In this document: one piece after another, positions 42,076-49,785 of the stretch
Numbering within the stretch: position 1 is the stretch's first letter
Layout of the letters: each line of letters begins with the position of its first letter
Origin: Myxococcota bacterium
Lineage (GTDB): Bacteria; Myxococcota_A; Polyangia; Polyangiales; Sandaracinaceae
Direction of reading: 5' to 3'
NCBI GenBank assembly: GCA_036149055.1
Contig: JAYZQJ010000100.1
Location: 1 to 49,785, forward strand
Length of the DNA: 49,785 nt
Translations under genes and position numbers: made by a program
Notes under the pieces: model-generated
The model's database searches: none
Told to the model about the DNA's origin: nothing
The model's input: the letters and a program-made list of their open reading frames with translations, nothing else

Positions 42076-43005
42076 GTGGACGAGTTCGCGCTCATCGCGC
42101 GGATCCGCGAGCGGCTCCAGACCGCCGACCCCCGGGTGCGGGTCGGCGTCGGGGACGACGCGGCGGTCCTCGCGCCGAGCGCGGGCTGCGCGGTGCTCTC
42201 GGTCGACGCGGTCGTCGAGGGCGCGCACTTCGACCGCCGCTGGCTCTCCTGGCCGGACGTCGGCTGGCGCGGCGTGGCCGGCGCGCTGAGCGACCTCGCG
42301 GCCATGCGGGCGGCTCCCGTCTGCGCGCTGCTCTCGATGGTCCTGCCCGAAGACCTCGCGGGCGACGACGCCCTCGCCATCGTCGACGGCGCCGCGGAGG
42401 CGGCCCGGGCCCACGGCGCGTCCATCGTCGGCGGCAACCTCGCCCGCGGCCCCGTCGTCTCGCTGCACACGACGGTGATGGGCGAGGCGCCCTCCCCCCT
42501 CGGCCGCGGCGGCGCCCGCCCCGGCGACGGCGTCTTCGTGACCGGCACCCTCGGCGCGGCCGCCCTCGGCTGGAGGCTCCTCGCCAAAGACGCCGAAGCG
42601 CAGGGCCCCTTCGTGCGCCGCTGGCGCCGCCCCCGCGCCCGCTTCGACGCCCTCCCCTGGCTCGCCGCCGCCACCGCGTGCGTCGACGTCTCCGACGGCT
42701 TCGCCCAGGACCTCGGGCACGTCTGCGAGGCGAGCGAGGTCGGCGCCGAGATCGACCTGGCCGCGCTCCCCGTCGCCCCCGATCACGCCACCGTCGCCGC
42801 CGCGAGCGGCCACGATCCCCACCTCCTCGCGGCGACCGGCGGCGAGGACTACGAGCTGATCTTCACCGCCCCCGCCCCGCCCGCCCCCTCATCGGCCGAC
42901 GTGACCCGAGTCGGCACGATCATCGAAGGCGCCGGCGTCCGCTTCACCGCCCCCGACGGAACCCCCTGGTCCCCTCCCGCAGCCGGCCACCGCCACTTCC
43001 GCTGA
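42076..43005 (+). CDS. thiL: thiamine-monophosphate kinase
   Basis: DEFALI, GDDAA, SDLAAM, GGN, DVSDG, GGEDYEL, GHRHF. Confidence 0.93.
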   Translation: MDEFALIARIRERLQTADPRVRVGVGDDAAVLAPSAGCAVLSVDAVVEGAHFDRRWLSWPDVGWRGVAGALSDLAAMRAAPVCALLSMVLPEDLAGDDALAIVDGAAEAARAHGASIVGGNLARGPVVSLHTTVMGEAPSPLGRGGARPGDGVFVTGTLGAAALGWRLLAKDAEAQGPFVRRWRRPRARFDALPWLAAATACVDVSDGFAQDLGHVCEASEVGAEIDLAALPVAPDHATVAAASGHDPHLLAATGGEDYELIFTAPAPPAPSSADVTRVGTIIEGAGVRFTAPDGTPWSPPAAGHRHFR

Positions 43006-43027
43006 CGCCCTCCGGTCGCCGCATCTT

Positions 43028-43276
43028 CAGTCCCTGCCGGCGAGCCTCCATCCCGCCGCCGCTCTGCGTCTCCGCGTCTCTGCGAGAGCAAGAATCAGCC
43101 GCCAACCCGCCCCGCGACCCAGTCCCTGCCGGCGAGCCTCCATCCCGCCGCCCGCTCCCCCTTTGCGTCTTCGCGCCTCCGCGAGAGCAAAAAAAGGAGT
43201 CACCACCCCGCCCAGCGACCCAGCCCCGGCGCAGCTCCATCGCGCGGCCGACACCAGCTCTGCGCCTCTGCGTGAA
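43028..43276 (+). repeat. Family-1 repeat cluster 2 (3 tandem ~90-100 bp units)
   Basis: Identical 33-mer at 43028-43060 and 43120-43152; octamer cores at 43061-43084, 43160-43183 and 43257-43272. Confidence 0.88.
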
Positions 43277-43297
43277 AACCGAGGCGACCGCCGAGTC

Positions 43298-43708
43298 TCA
43301 GCGCGACTTCAGGTGATCATCGATGAACGCGTGCGCCTCTTCGAAGGAACTCACATTGACCGTCGGCCACTTGCTCCCGGTGAGCCAGTCGAACGCGGTG
43401 AGGATCCCTCGCGCGACGCCGGAGGCGACGACCCGAGCCTCGCAGATGCTCACCGGCTCGAGCACGTCGAGGTACTCCTCGAAGACGACCGCCGCCTCCT
43501 TCCGGAGCGACGCCGAGGCGGTGACCGGGTTGAAGGCCGTGAAGTCGACCAGCCACGCGATCGGCCGTCCCTCGGCGGCCAGCTCGGCGTAGTGCTCGAA
43601 CAGCTTCCTGTAGGAGGTCGCGTCGAACGAGGGGGGATAACGAACCAGGACGATCGGCCGCTGAGACGAGTCGACCGACACGCCGTTGACCTCGAAGAAC
43701 GTGTCCAT
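43298..43708 (-). CDS. small STAS/SEC14 (SpoIIAA-like) domain protein
   Basis: MDTFF...PIVLVRY...WLVDF...ARVVASGVARGILTAFDW...SSFEEAHAFI pattern; 136 aa. Confidence 0.7.
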   Translation of the reverse strand: MDTFFEVNGVSVDSSQRPIVLVRYPPSFDATSYRKLFEHYAELAAEGRPIAWLVDFTAFNPVTASASLRKEAAVVFEEYLDVLEPVSICEARVVASGVARGILTAFDWLTGSKWPTVNVSSFEEAHAFIDDHLKSR

Positions 43709-43956
43709 TCCGTGACAGGATCGGGGCTCCGCCCCATCAGCGCAATGCCGACGCGCGGCGTCAGACGCGCTCCTGTGTGTTTCGTACCAGATTGGTGACG
43801 GTGCTCCGGGGCGGGAAGCGGACCGACCCGGCGAGCATCTCGTTCTGCCGGGTCCGAGAGATCGGAGGCGATGACCTCGGCGCGCGGGGCGGTAGCGCCG
43901 CAGTCGGCAGCCCAGCGCGAGCCGTCGCCCCCGGCCATTGGCGTCGCGTTGCCAGC

Positions 43957-44119
43957 GCCGGCCAGCCCCCATCCCGCCGCCACCCCGCCTCTTTGCGTCT
44001 CTGCGTCTTTGCGAGAGACAATTTGTCCCGAAATCTGCCACCACCCCGAGAGCCACCCAGCAACCGCCGGCCCCCCACCATCCCGCGGCCACCGAGCCCC
44101 TCTGCGTCTCTGCGAGAGA
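43957..44119 (+). repeat. Family-1 repeat cluster 3 (2 tandem units, 101 bp apart)
   Basis: Cores at 43990-44013 and 44099-44114, each followed by AGAGACA and preceded by CCATCCCGCnGCC. Confidence 0.85.
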
Positions 44120-44172
44120 CAGTCTGCCCTCACATCCGCCACCAAACCGAGCGCCGCGCGCGATGCGAAGGG

Positions 44173-44844
44173 TCAGTCGACGCCGAGGGTGTGGCAGGTC
44201 TCCGAGCGCGGCACGTCGGCGGGATCGGGCCCGGTGCCGAGGGCGCTGTCGAGGAACGGCGCGGTGAACGAGTGCCAGTAACGCTCGTTGCGGAAGTGAT
44301 GCATGCGGTGGTTGCGGCGGATCCACCGGTAGTAGCGCCCCCTCGGCTTGTAGGGTGTGTGCGTCAGGTAGTGCGTCCACTCGTAGATTAGGGTGGCTGC
44401 GGTGAACGCGGCGACGCCGGTCAGCATCGCGCCGACGCTCGGGGTGATGAGCCACCAGAAGAGCAGGTGCAGCGGCTCGAGGGTCACGAGCACCCGGAGC
44501 GGCAGGAGCGCCGTCTCGATCTTCCACGGATTGCGGTGATGGTGCCGGTGCGTCTGCGCGAAGTAAGGATCGAGGGTCAGCCCCCCGATCCGGCGTGGCT
44601 TCATGTGCAGCAGCGTCCAGTGGAAGAACCACTCCTGCAGCGGCCAGTAGACGAGCACGCCGAGGACCACCGCCGCGTCCCACACCGTCGGCGGCCCGAA
44701 GAGCGGACGCAGCGCGAGCGCCAGGACGACCTGCGCGAGGAGCAGCTTCGGCCCCAGGAACGAGAAGAAGTGGCGCCCGCACCCGCCGAGCGTGTCGAGC
44801 GCCGGCGCCTCGGCCCCCTCCCCCGCCTCGACCGCGGCGCTCAT
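44173..44844 (-). CDS. fatty acid hydroxylase / sterol desaturase family protein
   Basis: His boxes HWTLLH, HRHHH, HYLTH, HRMHH with TM segments. Confidence 0.88.
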   Translation of the reverse strand: MSAAVEAGEGAEAPALDTLGGCGRHFFSFLGPKLLLAQVVLALALRPLFGPPTVWDAAVVLGVLVYWPLQEWFFHWTLLHMKPRRIGGLTLDPYFAQTHRHHHRNPWKIETALLPLRVLVTLEPLHLLFWWLITPSVGAMLTGVAAFTAATLIYEWTHYLTHTPYKPRGRYYRWIRRNHRMHHFRNERYWHSFTAPFLDSALGTGPDPADVPRSETCHTLGVD

Positions 44845-45575
44845 CGCGACCCCTGCACCGCGTCGACCGCCGCGAGCAGGCCCTCGATCGCCTCGGCGCC
44901 GCGCGCGACGATCTTGGTGGCTAGGTTCCCGGCCCTCTTCGGCTGCGCGCCGATCACCGCCTGGACGAGGGCCGCGTAGTCGTCGACCGCGCCGAGCTCC
45001 ACCGCCAGGATCTGCGTGAACTGCTCGAGCACGCCCGAGTACGTGTTGGCGAGGGAGTTGAACGCCAGCTCCAGCGCCACGTTGCCGGTCCCGTCGACCA
45101 TCACCGCCCAGAAGTCGAGGGCGAGCCGCTGCAGCGTGGGCAGATCCCCGCGGGCGGCCTCCATGCGGCCGACCACCGCCGACAGCTCCGCGTGCGCATC
45201 GGCGGAGGCGCGCTGGGTGCAGAGCCGGGCCACGATCGGCGCGAGCTGGGTGCGGAGCTCGAGCACGCCCCGCACGAGCTGGGTGTCCACCGTGCCGTCC
45301 GGCCGGACCATCATCGACGCGAGGATCTCGAGCCCGGCCGTGCGCTTGTAGTCGAGCACGCGGGTCGCCCCGCCCTGCTGGATCGACACCAGCCCCGCCT
45401 GCTCGAGCCGCTTCAGGCCCTCCCGGACGGCGCCTCGGTTGACCTGGAGCTGCTCGGCGAGCGTGCGCTCGGCGGGGAGCGCCTCGCCGGCCTCGAGGGT
45501 GCCATCGACGATGTGATCCCGGAGCTGAGCGAAGACCTCGGCCGCGAGCGAGCGTTTGGCGACGGGCTTGAGCAC
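44841..45575 (-). CDS. GntR/FadR-family transcriptional regulator
   Basis: LPAERTLAEQLQVNRGAVREGL wHTH; FadR-type C-terminal domain; coupled to hydroxylase gene. Confidence 0.9.
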   Translation of the reverse strand: MLKPVAKRSLAAEVFAQLRDHIVDGTLEAGEALPAERTLAEQLQVNRGAVREGLKRLEQAGLVSIQQGGATRVLDYKRTAGLEILASMMVRPDGTVDTQLVRGVLELRTQLAPIVARLCTQRASADAHAELSAVVGRMEAARGDLPTLQRLALDFWAVMVDGTGNVALELAFNSLANTYSGVLEQFTQILAVELGAVDDYAALVQAVIGAQPKRAGNLATKIVARGAEAIEGLLAAVDAVQGSR

Positions 45576-45581
45576 CCCTCG

Positions 45582-45625
45582 ACCTTGTCGCCCACTGGAC
45601 TGCTTGTCAACTGGTCAGACCAGAG
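45582..45625 (-). promoter_or_regulatory. promoter TTGACA-17-CAAGGT with FadR-type operator abutting the -35 box
   Basis: TTGACA 45610-45605, CAAGGT 45587-45582; palindrome CTGGTC-A-GACCAG at 45611-45623. Confidence 0.8.
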
Positions 45626-47528
45626 GCTCCCCTTCATCGGCCCAGGCGCTGATCCAGCTCCCGTGCGCCTCCACGTGCGCCATGAAGGCCTCGTAGAACG
45701 GGTGCCGCGCGAGGGTGGCGCTGTCGCCGACGACCAGCAGCAGCCGCTTGGCGCGGGTGAGCGCGACGTTCATGCGGCGCACGTCGGCGAGGAAGCCGAT
45801 CTCGCCGTCCTCGTTGCTGCGGACCAGGTCGACGATCACCGCCTCCTTCTCCCGGCCCTGGAAGCCGTCCACCGTGCCGATCTCGAGGCCGGCGGCGAGG
45901 CGGTCGGCGAGCTCCTCGCGGAGCCGTCGGGCCTGCGCGAGGTAGGGCGTGATGATCGCGAGGTCCGCGTCCGGCAGCCCGCGCGACAGCAGCCGGCGCG
46001 CCTCGGCGATCACGCGCTCGGCCTGGCCGGGGTTGTCGGTCGACGGGTCGTCCTCGGTGCGCCGCTCGGTCCAGCCCTTGCCCGCGGTGTCGATGAAGAC
46101 GAGCGGGCCCGGGCGCAGCGGGTCGTCGGTCACGCCGAGGTCGGCGAGCCGGTGCGCGGCCACCGACGGGTGGGCGCGGAGGCGCCCGCCGTAGAGGCGC
46201 TCGGAGGGGAAGCGCATCAGCGCCTCGTGCATGCGGTGCTGCACCTCGAGCAGCGTCGTGGCGCCGGCCTCCGCGAGCCGCTCGAAGAACGTCGTGCCCA
46301 GGCCCGCGCGCTCGGCGTCGGGGTCGATCACGGTCGGCGGCAGCTGCCTCGGGTCGCCGGCCATCGTCACCTTCGGGGCCCGCGAGAGCGCGACGAGCGC
46401 GATCGGATCGGTCGCCTGCGTGGCCTCGTCGAGCACCACCCGATCGAAGGACGTCTTGCGGAGCAGCGCCGCGTCCGCGCCGGCCGCGGTGGCGCAGACG
46501 ATGGCGTGGCGGGCCAGGAGCAGGTCCTCCGCGCTCCGCAGCTGCGCGCGCGCGTCGCGCATCAGCCGACCGGCCTCGGCGAAGGCCTCGCGCCGCTCCC
46601 GGTAGCCGATCTGTCCTCGCCCGAAGCGCGCCCTCGCCTTCCGCCGCAGCGCGGCCGCGTCGCGGGTCCACTGCCGGGCCAGCTTGTGCTCGGGGGTCTT
46701 CTCGAGCATCGCGTCGAGGGTGTGAGCCTCGACGGCCGGAGACACGCGCGCCGGGTGGCCGAGGCGCAGCACCGGCGCGCCGTGCTCCGCGAGCCGCTCG
46801 GCGAGGTTGTCCACCGCCAGGTTGCTCGCCGCGGTGACCAGCACTCGCTCTCCTCGCGCGACCGCCTGGCGCACGACCTCCGTCAAGCAACGCGTCTTTC
46901 CCGTGCCCGGCGGGCCGTGGATCAGCGACACCGTCTCTGCCGCCAGGGCCCTTCGCACCGCCTCGCGCTGAGGCTCGTTCAGCGCGTCGTCGAAGAAGCG
47001 GACGTCCGGGGCCGGCCCGAACGCGGGCGGCGCGGACGCCAGCAGCGCCTCCCGGAGCGGGAGCCGCGGGTCGCGCTTCTCGAGGCCGGCCCACCGCGCG
47101 AGGGCCCGGGCGCCGCGATCGAAGGTCGCCTCCGGCGCCTCCGCGTCGAGCCGGAAGGGCTCGTCCGCCCGCTCGGGCACCTCGTCGACCATCACCGCGA
47201 GCCGGTCGCGCAGCCGGCGCGAGACGACGCCGCGCACCGCGTTTTCGTCCGCCGGGTCGTCCCACCAGAGCAGGACCGGCTCGCCGGGCCCGATGCGCGA
47301 CATCTCGAGGTCGACGTCCCCGCGGGGCTGGATCCAGAGGGTCGCCCTCCCGCCCGGCGCCGCGTCGGTGTCCACCACCTCGAGGTCCTTGAGGGCGAGG
47401 CCGCGACGCACCCGCTCGGCCAGAGAGAGCTGGGCTCGCTCCTCCGCGTGGCGACGGCGGTGCGCCGCGCGCTCGCGGTCCCAGAGCGCTCGCAACGTCT
47501 CGAGCGCCTCGTCGATGGCGTCGGTCAT
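45615..47528 (-). CDS. IGHMBP2/DNA2-NAM7-like SF1B helicase
   Basis: IHGPPGTGKT, DEATQ, GDPRQLPP, QHRM, TVDGFQGREK, RRMNVALTRAK. Confidence 0.92.
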   Translation of the reverse strand: MTDAIDEALETLRALWDRERAAHRRRHAEERAQLSLAERVRRGLALKDLEVVDTDAAPGGRATLWIQPRGDVDLEMSRIGPGEPVLLWWDDPADENAVRGVVSRRLRDRLAVMVDEVPERADEPFRLDAEAPEATFDRGARALARWAGLEKRDPRLPLREALLASAPPAFGPAPDVRFFDDALNEPQREAVRRALAAETVSLIHGPPGTGKTRCLTEVVRQAVARGERVLVTAASNLAVDNLAERLAEHGAPVLRLGHPARVSPAVEAHTLDAMLEKTPEHKLARQWTRDAAALRRKARARFGRGQIGYRERREAFAEAGRLMRDARAQLRSAEDLLLARHAIVCATAAGADAALLRKTSFDRVVLDEATQATDPIALVALSRAPKVTMAGDPRQLPPTVIDPDAERAGLGTTFFERLAEAGATTLLEVQHRMHEALMRFPSERLYGGRLRAHPSVAAHRLADLGVTDDPLRPGPLVFIDTAGKGWTERRTEDDPSTDNPGQAERVIAEARRLLSRGLPDADLAIITPYLAQARRLREELADRLAAGLEIGTVDGFQGREKEAVIVDLVRSNEDGEIGFLADVRRMNVALTRAKRLLLVVGDSATLARHPFYEAFMAHVEAHGSWISAWADEGEPLV

Positions 47529-47564
47529 GGTGGCGCCATCATGGGACGTGCGTAGCTGGAGCGC

Positions 47565-47951
47565 ATGAGCGAGACCTCGGTGGCCGACTACATGAGTCGG
47601 AGCCCGCACACCATCGGAAAAGACATGTCGCTCGCCATGGCCAGCAAGGTCATGCGCGAGCACGGGGTGCGACACCTGCCTGTCCTCGACGGGGGCCACG
47701 TGATCGGCATCCTCTCCAACCGGGACGTGTACCTGCTCGAGACCCTGAAGGACGTCGAGGAGGGCCGCGTGACCGTCGAGGAGGCGATGAGCGCCGAGCC
47801 CTACTCGGTGCCGCCCGACGCGGATCTGCGAGAGGTCGTGGTGCACATGGCCGAGCACAAGTACGGCGCGGCGGTGGTGATGGACGGCCGCAAGGTCGTC
47901 GGCATCTTCACCACCATCGACGCGCTCAGGGCGCTCGCCGAGCGGCTCTGA
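47565..47951 (+). CDS. CBS-domain pair protein
   Basis: VADYMS...VRHLPV...GILSNRD; VEEAMS...VGIFTTID. Confidence 0.9.
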   Translation: MSETSVADYMSRSPHTIGKDMSLAMASKVMREHGVRHLPVLDGGHVIGILSNRDVYLLETLKDVEEGRVTVEEAMSAEPYSVPPDADLREVVVHMAEHKYGAAVVMDGRKVVGIFTTIDALRALAERL

Positions 47952-47960
47952 GCGCCGGCG

Positions 47961-49784
47961 TCAGCGCGAGGGCTTGGGCACCGCGAGGCGCTTCATCATC
48001 TTCTGCAGGCCGTAGCGAGACAGCCCGAGCACCTCGGCGGCGCGGGTCTGGTTGCCGCCGGTCTGCTCGAGCGCCTGCACGATGAGCCGCCGCTCGAGCG
48101 CGTCGACCTGCCCCTTGAGGTCCATCGCGTCGGCGGGAGCCTGCTCCGCCACCCCGCGGACCTTCGGCGAGAGGTGCTCGAGGCCGATGACCTCGTCGGC
48201 GAGGACCAGCGCGCGCCGGATCTCGTTCTCGAGCTCTCGCACGTTGCCGGGCCAGGCGAAGGCGCGCAGCGCGCTCATCGCCGCGCGGTCGACGCGCACC
48301 CGCCGTTCGGCGGCGTGTCGCTCCAGGAACGCGGCGACCAGCGGGGTCACGTCGTCGGGCCGGTCCCGGAGCGGCGGCAGCTCCACTTGCACCACCGCGA
48401 TGCGATAGAAGAGGTCCCGCCGGAAGCGGCCCTCGTCGACCATGCGCTCCAGATCGCGGTGGGTGGCGGCGATGACGCGCACGTCGACCTCGGTCGTCGC
48501 CTCCCCTCCCACCGGCCGCAGCGAGCCGTCCTGCAGCACCCGCAGCAGCTTTGCCTGCATCGACTCGCTCATCTCCCCGATCTCGTCGAGGAAGAGCGAG
48601 CCGCCGTCGGCGAGCGCGAAGAGCCCGCGCTTGGCGCGGTCGGCGCCGGTGAAGGCGCCCCGCACGTGCCCGAAGAGCGCGCTCTCGAGCAGGCTGTCCG
48701 GGATGGCGCTGACGTTCTCGCTCACGTAGGGCCCGTCGCGGCGGGGGCTGGCCTGGTGCACCGCGCGCGCGACCAGCTCCTTGCCGGTCCCGCTCTCGCC
48801 GCGGACGAGCACCGGCGCGTCGCTGCCCGCCACCCGCTCGACGAGGCGGAGGGCCCGCCGCATCGGCTCGCTCTCGGCGACGATGCCGCCGAACGCGGGC
48901 CCCGGCCGCTCGCCGCGGAGCGCCGACAGCTCCTCCTCGGCCGACTCCACCCGCGCGGTGAGCCGGCGGGTCTCGCGGGCCAGGCGGCGGGCCTCGCGAC
49001 GCTGGGCGCGCACCGCCTCCGCCCGCTCGAGGGCGCCGGCCGCGATCTCGGCGAGGTCCTGCACCAGCCGCAGGATCGCGTCGTCGAAGGCGCCGGGGCG
49101 GAGGCGATCGTCGAGCACCAGCGCCGACTCGCGCGCCCCGGGCCGCGGAGTCGCGGGCAGCGGGACCGCGAGCACCGAGCGGAGCGCCATCGCGTGCACG
49201 CTGCGGGCGGCGTCGAGGCGCTCGTCCTCGAGCGCGTCGACCGAGACGAGCGGCCGGCCTCCGTCGAGCGCGCGCGCGGCCACCGAGGCGCTCGGGCGCT
49301 CGCCGCGCAGGTCGGCCCCGAACGCGCGCGCGGCCCGCACCTTCAGGCGACCGTCGACCGCCCGCTCCACCCAGAACCCGCGCTCGGCGTCGGCGAGCTC
49401 GATCGCCGCGTCGATCACCGCCTCCCGCAGCCGGCCGAGGCGAGGCTCGCGCACGATCCGCTTCGCGTGGCGGGCGAGCGCGCGCCAGCGCGGAGGCTCC
49501 ACGTTCGGCCCGGCGACCGGCACGCTGGCCGGCGCCACGGCGAGCGCTCGACGGTAGGCGGGCACCGCGCGGAGGCGAGCGCGCCCGGCGGGCGACAGCG
49601 TCGCGGCCGCGGCGTCGAGCACCGCGCGCGCCCGGGTGGACGCGGCCGCCGCCTCCTCGCCGCGTCCGGCGCGCTCGAGCGCGTCGGCGAGGGCGAGCTG
49701 GGCCCGCAGCCGCGCCTCCCAGCCGGCGCCCTCGGCCTTCCCCGCGGCGCGCGTCGCCGCCTCGCAGGCGCCCGCCTCGTCGCC
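47961..49784 (-). CDS. sigma-54-dependent enhancer-binding protein (TPR-like-GAF-AAA+-Fis HTH), 5' end beyond window
   Basis: [52 protein letters not shown]; frame stays open to window edge. Confidence 0.93.
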   Translation of the reverse strand, partial: GDEAGACEAATRAAGKAEGAGWEARLRAQLALADALERAGRGEEAAAASTRARAVLDAAAATLSPAGRARLRAVPAYRRALAVAPASVPVAGPNVEPPRWRALARHAKRIVREPRLGRLREAVIDAAIELADAERGFWVERAVDGRLKVRAARAFGADLRGERPSASVAARALDGGRPLVSVDALEDERLDAARSVHAMALRSVLAVPLPATPRPGARESALVLDDRLRPGAFDDAILRLVQDLAEIAAGALERAEAVRAQRREARRLARETRRLTARVESAEEELSALRGERPGPAFGGIVAESEPMRRALRLVERVAGSDAPVLVRGESGTGKELVARAVHQASPRRDGPYVSENVSAIPDSLLESALFGHVRGAFTGADRAKRGLFALADGGSLFLDEIGEMSESMQAKLLRVLQDGSLRPVGGEATTEVDVRVIAATHRDLERMVDEGRFRRDLFYRIAVVQVELPPLRDRPDDVTPLVAAFLERHAAERRVRVDRAAMSALRAFAWPGNVRELENEIRRALVLADEVIGLEHLSPKVRGVAEQAPADAMDLKGQVDALERRLIVQALEQTGGNQTRAAEVLGLSRYGLQKMMKRLAVPKPSR

Positions 49785-49785
49785 C

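Noticed and set aside
43028..44119. CRISPR array interpretation of Family-1 repeats
   Set aside because: Only 2-3 degenerate units per cluster, spacers partly similar to each other, internal 8-bp periodicity, and no cas genes or leader
45615..47528. Helicase as part of an anti-phage defence system
   Set aside because: No nuclease or other defence partner nearby, and codon usage is host-like

Overview
Very GC-rich DNA, almost certainly from a myxobacterium (Myxococcota, Polyangia/Sandaracinaceae-like). This is inferred from the Hanks-type kinases, MopE- and Cys-rich lipoproteins, giant TPR protein and MglA-type GTPase. The backbone is the division and cell wall (dcw) cluster on the minus strand: mraZ-rsmH-ftsL-ftsI-murE-murF-mraY-murD-ftsW-murG // murC-ftsQ // ftsA-ftsZ. 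Two insertions of about 7 kb split it. One (DUF2252 kinase-like gene plus an antisense giant TPR gene) lies between murG and murC. The other (three zinc-ribbon Ser/Thr kinases plus two Cys-rich lipoproteins) lies between ftsQ and ftsA. murB and ddl are absent. Divergent from mraZ is an operon of a small membrane protein, an MglA-like GTPase without MglB, a PocR histidine kinase and thiL. The right end carries a FadR-type regulator with a fatty-acid hydroxylase gene, an IGHMBP2-like helicase, a CBS protein and a truncated sigma-54 activator. The least explained signals are non-coding: (1) a family of ~90-100 bp units with a (YCTYTGCG)2-3-AGAG core, in three co-oriented mini-arrays beside small genes of atypical codon usage; (2) a second GC-hairpin repeat family placed just after stop codons; (3) inverted MraZ-box arrays bracketing the dcw promoter. 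No CRISPR array, rRNA, tRNA or transposase was seen. All product calls come from motifs read by eye, with no database searches.
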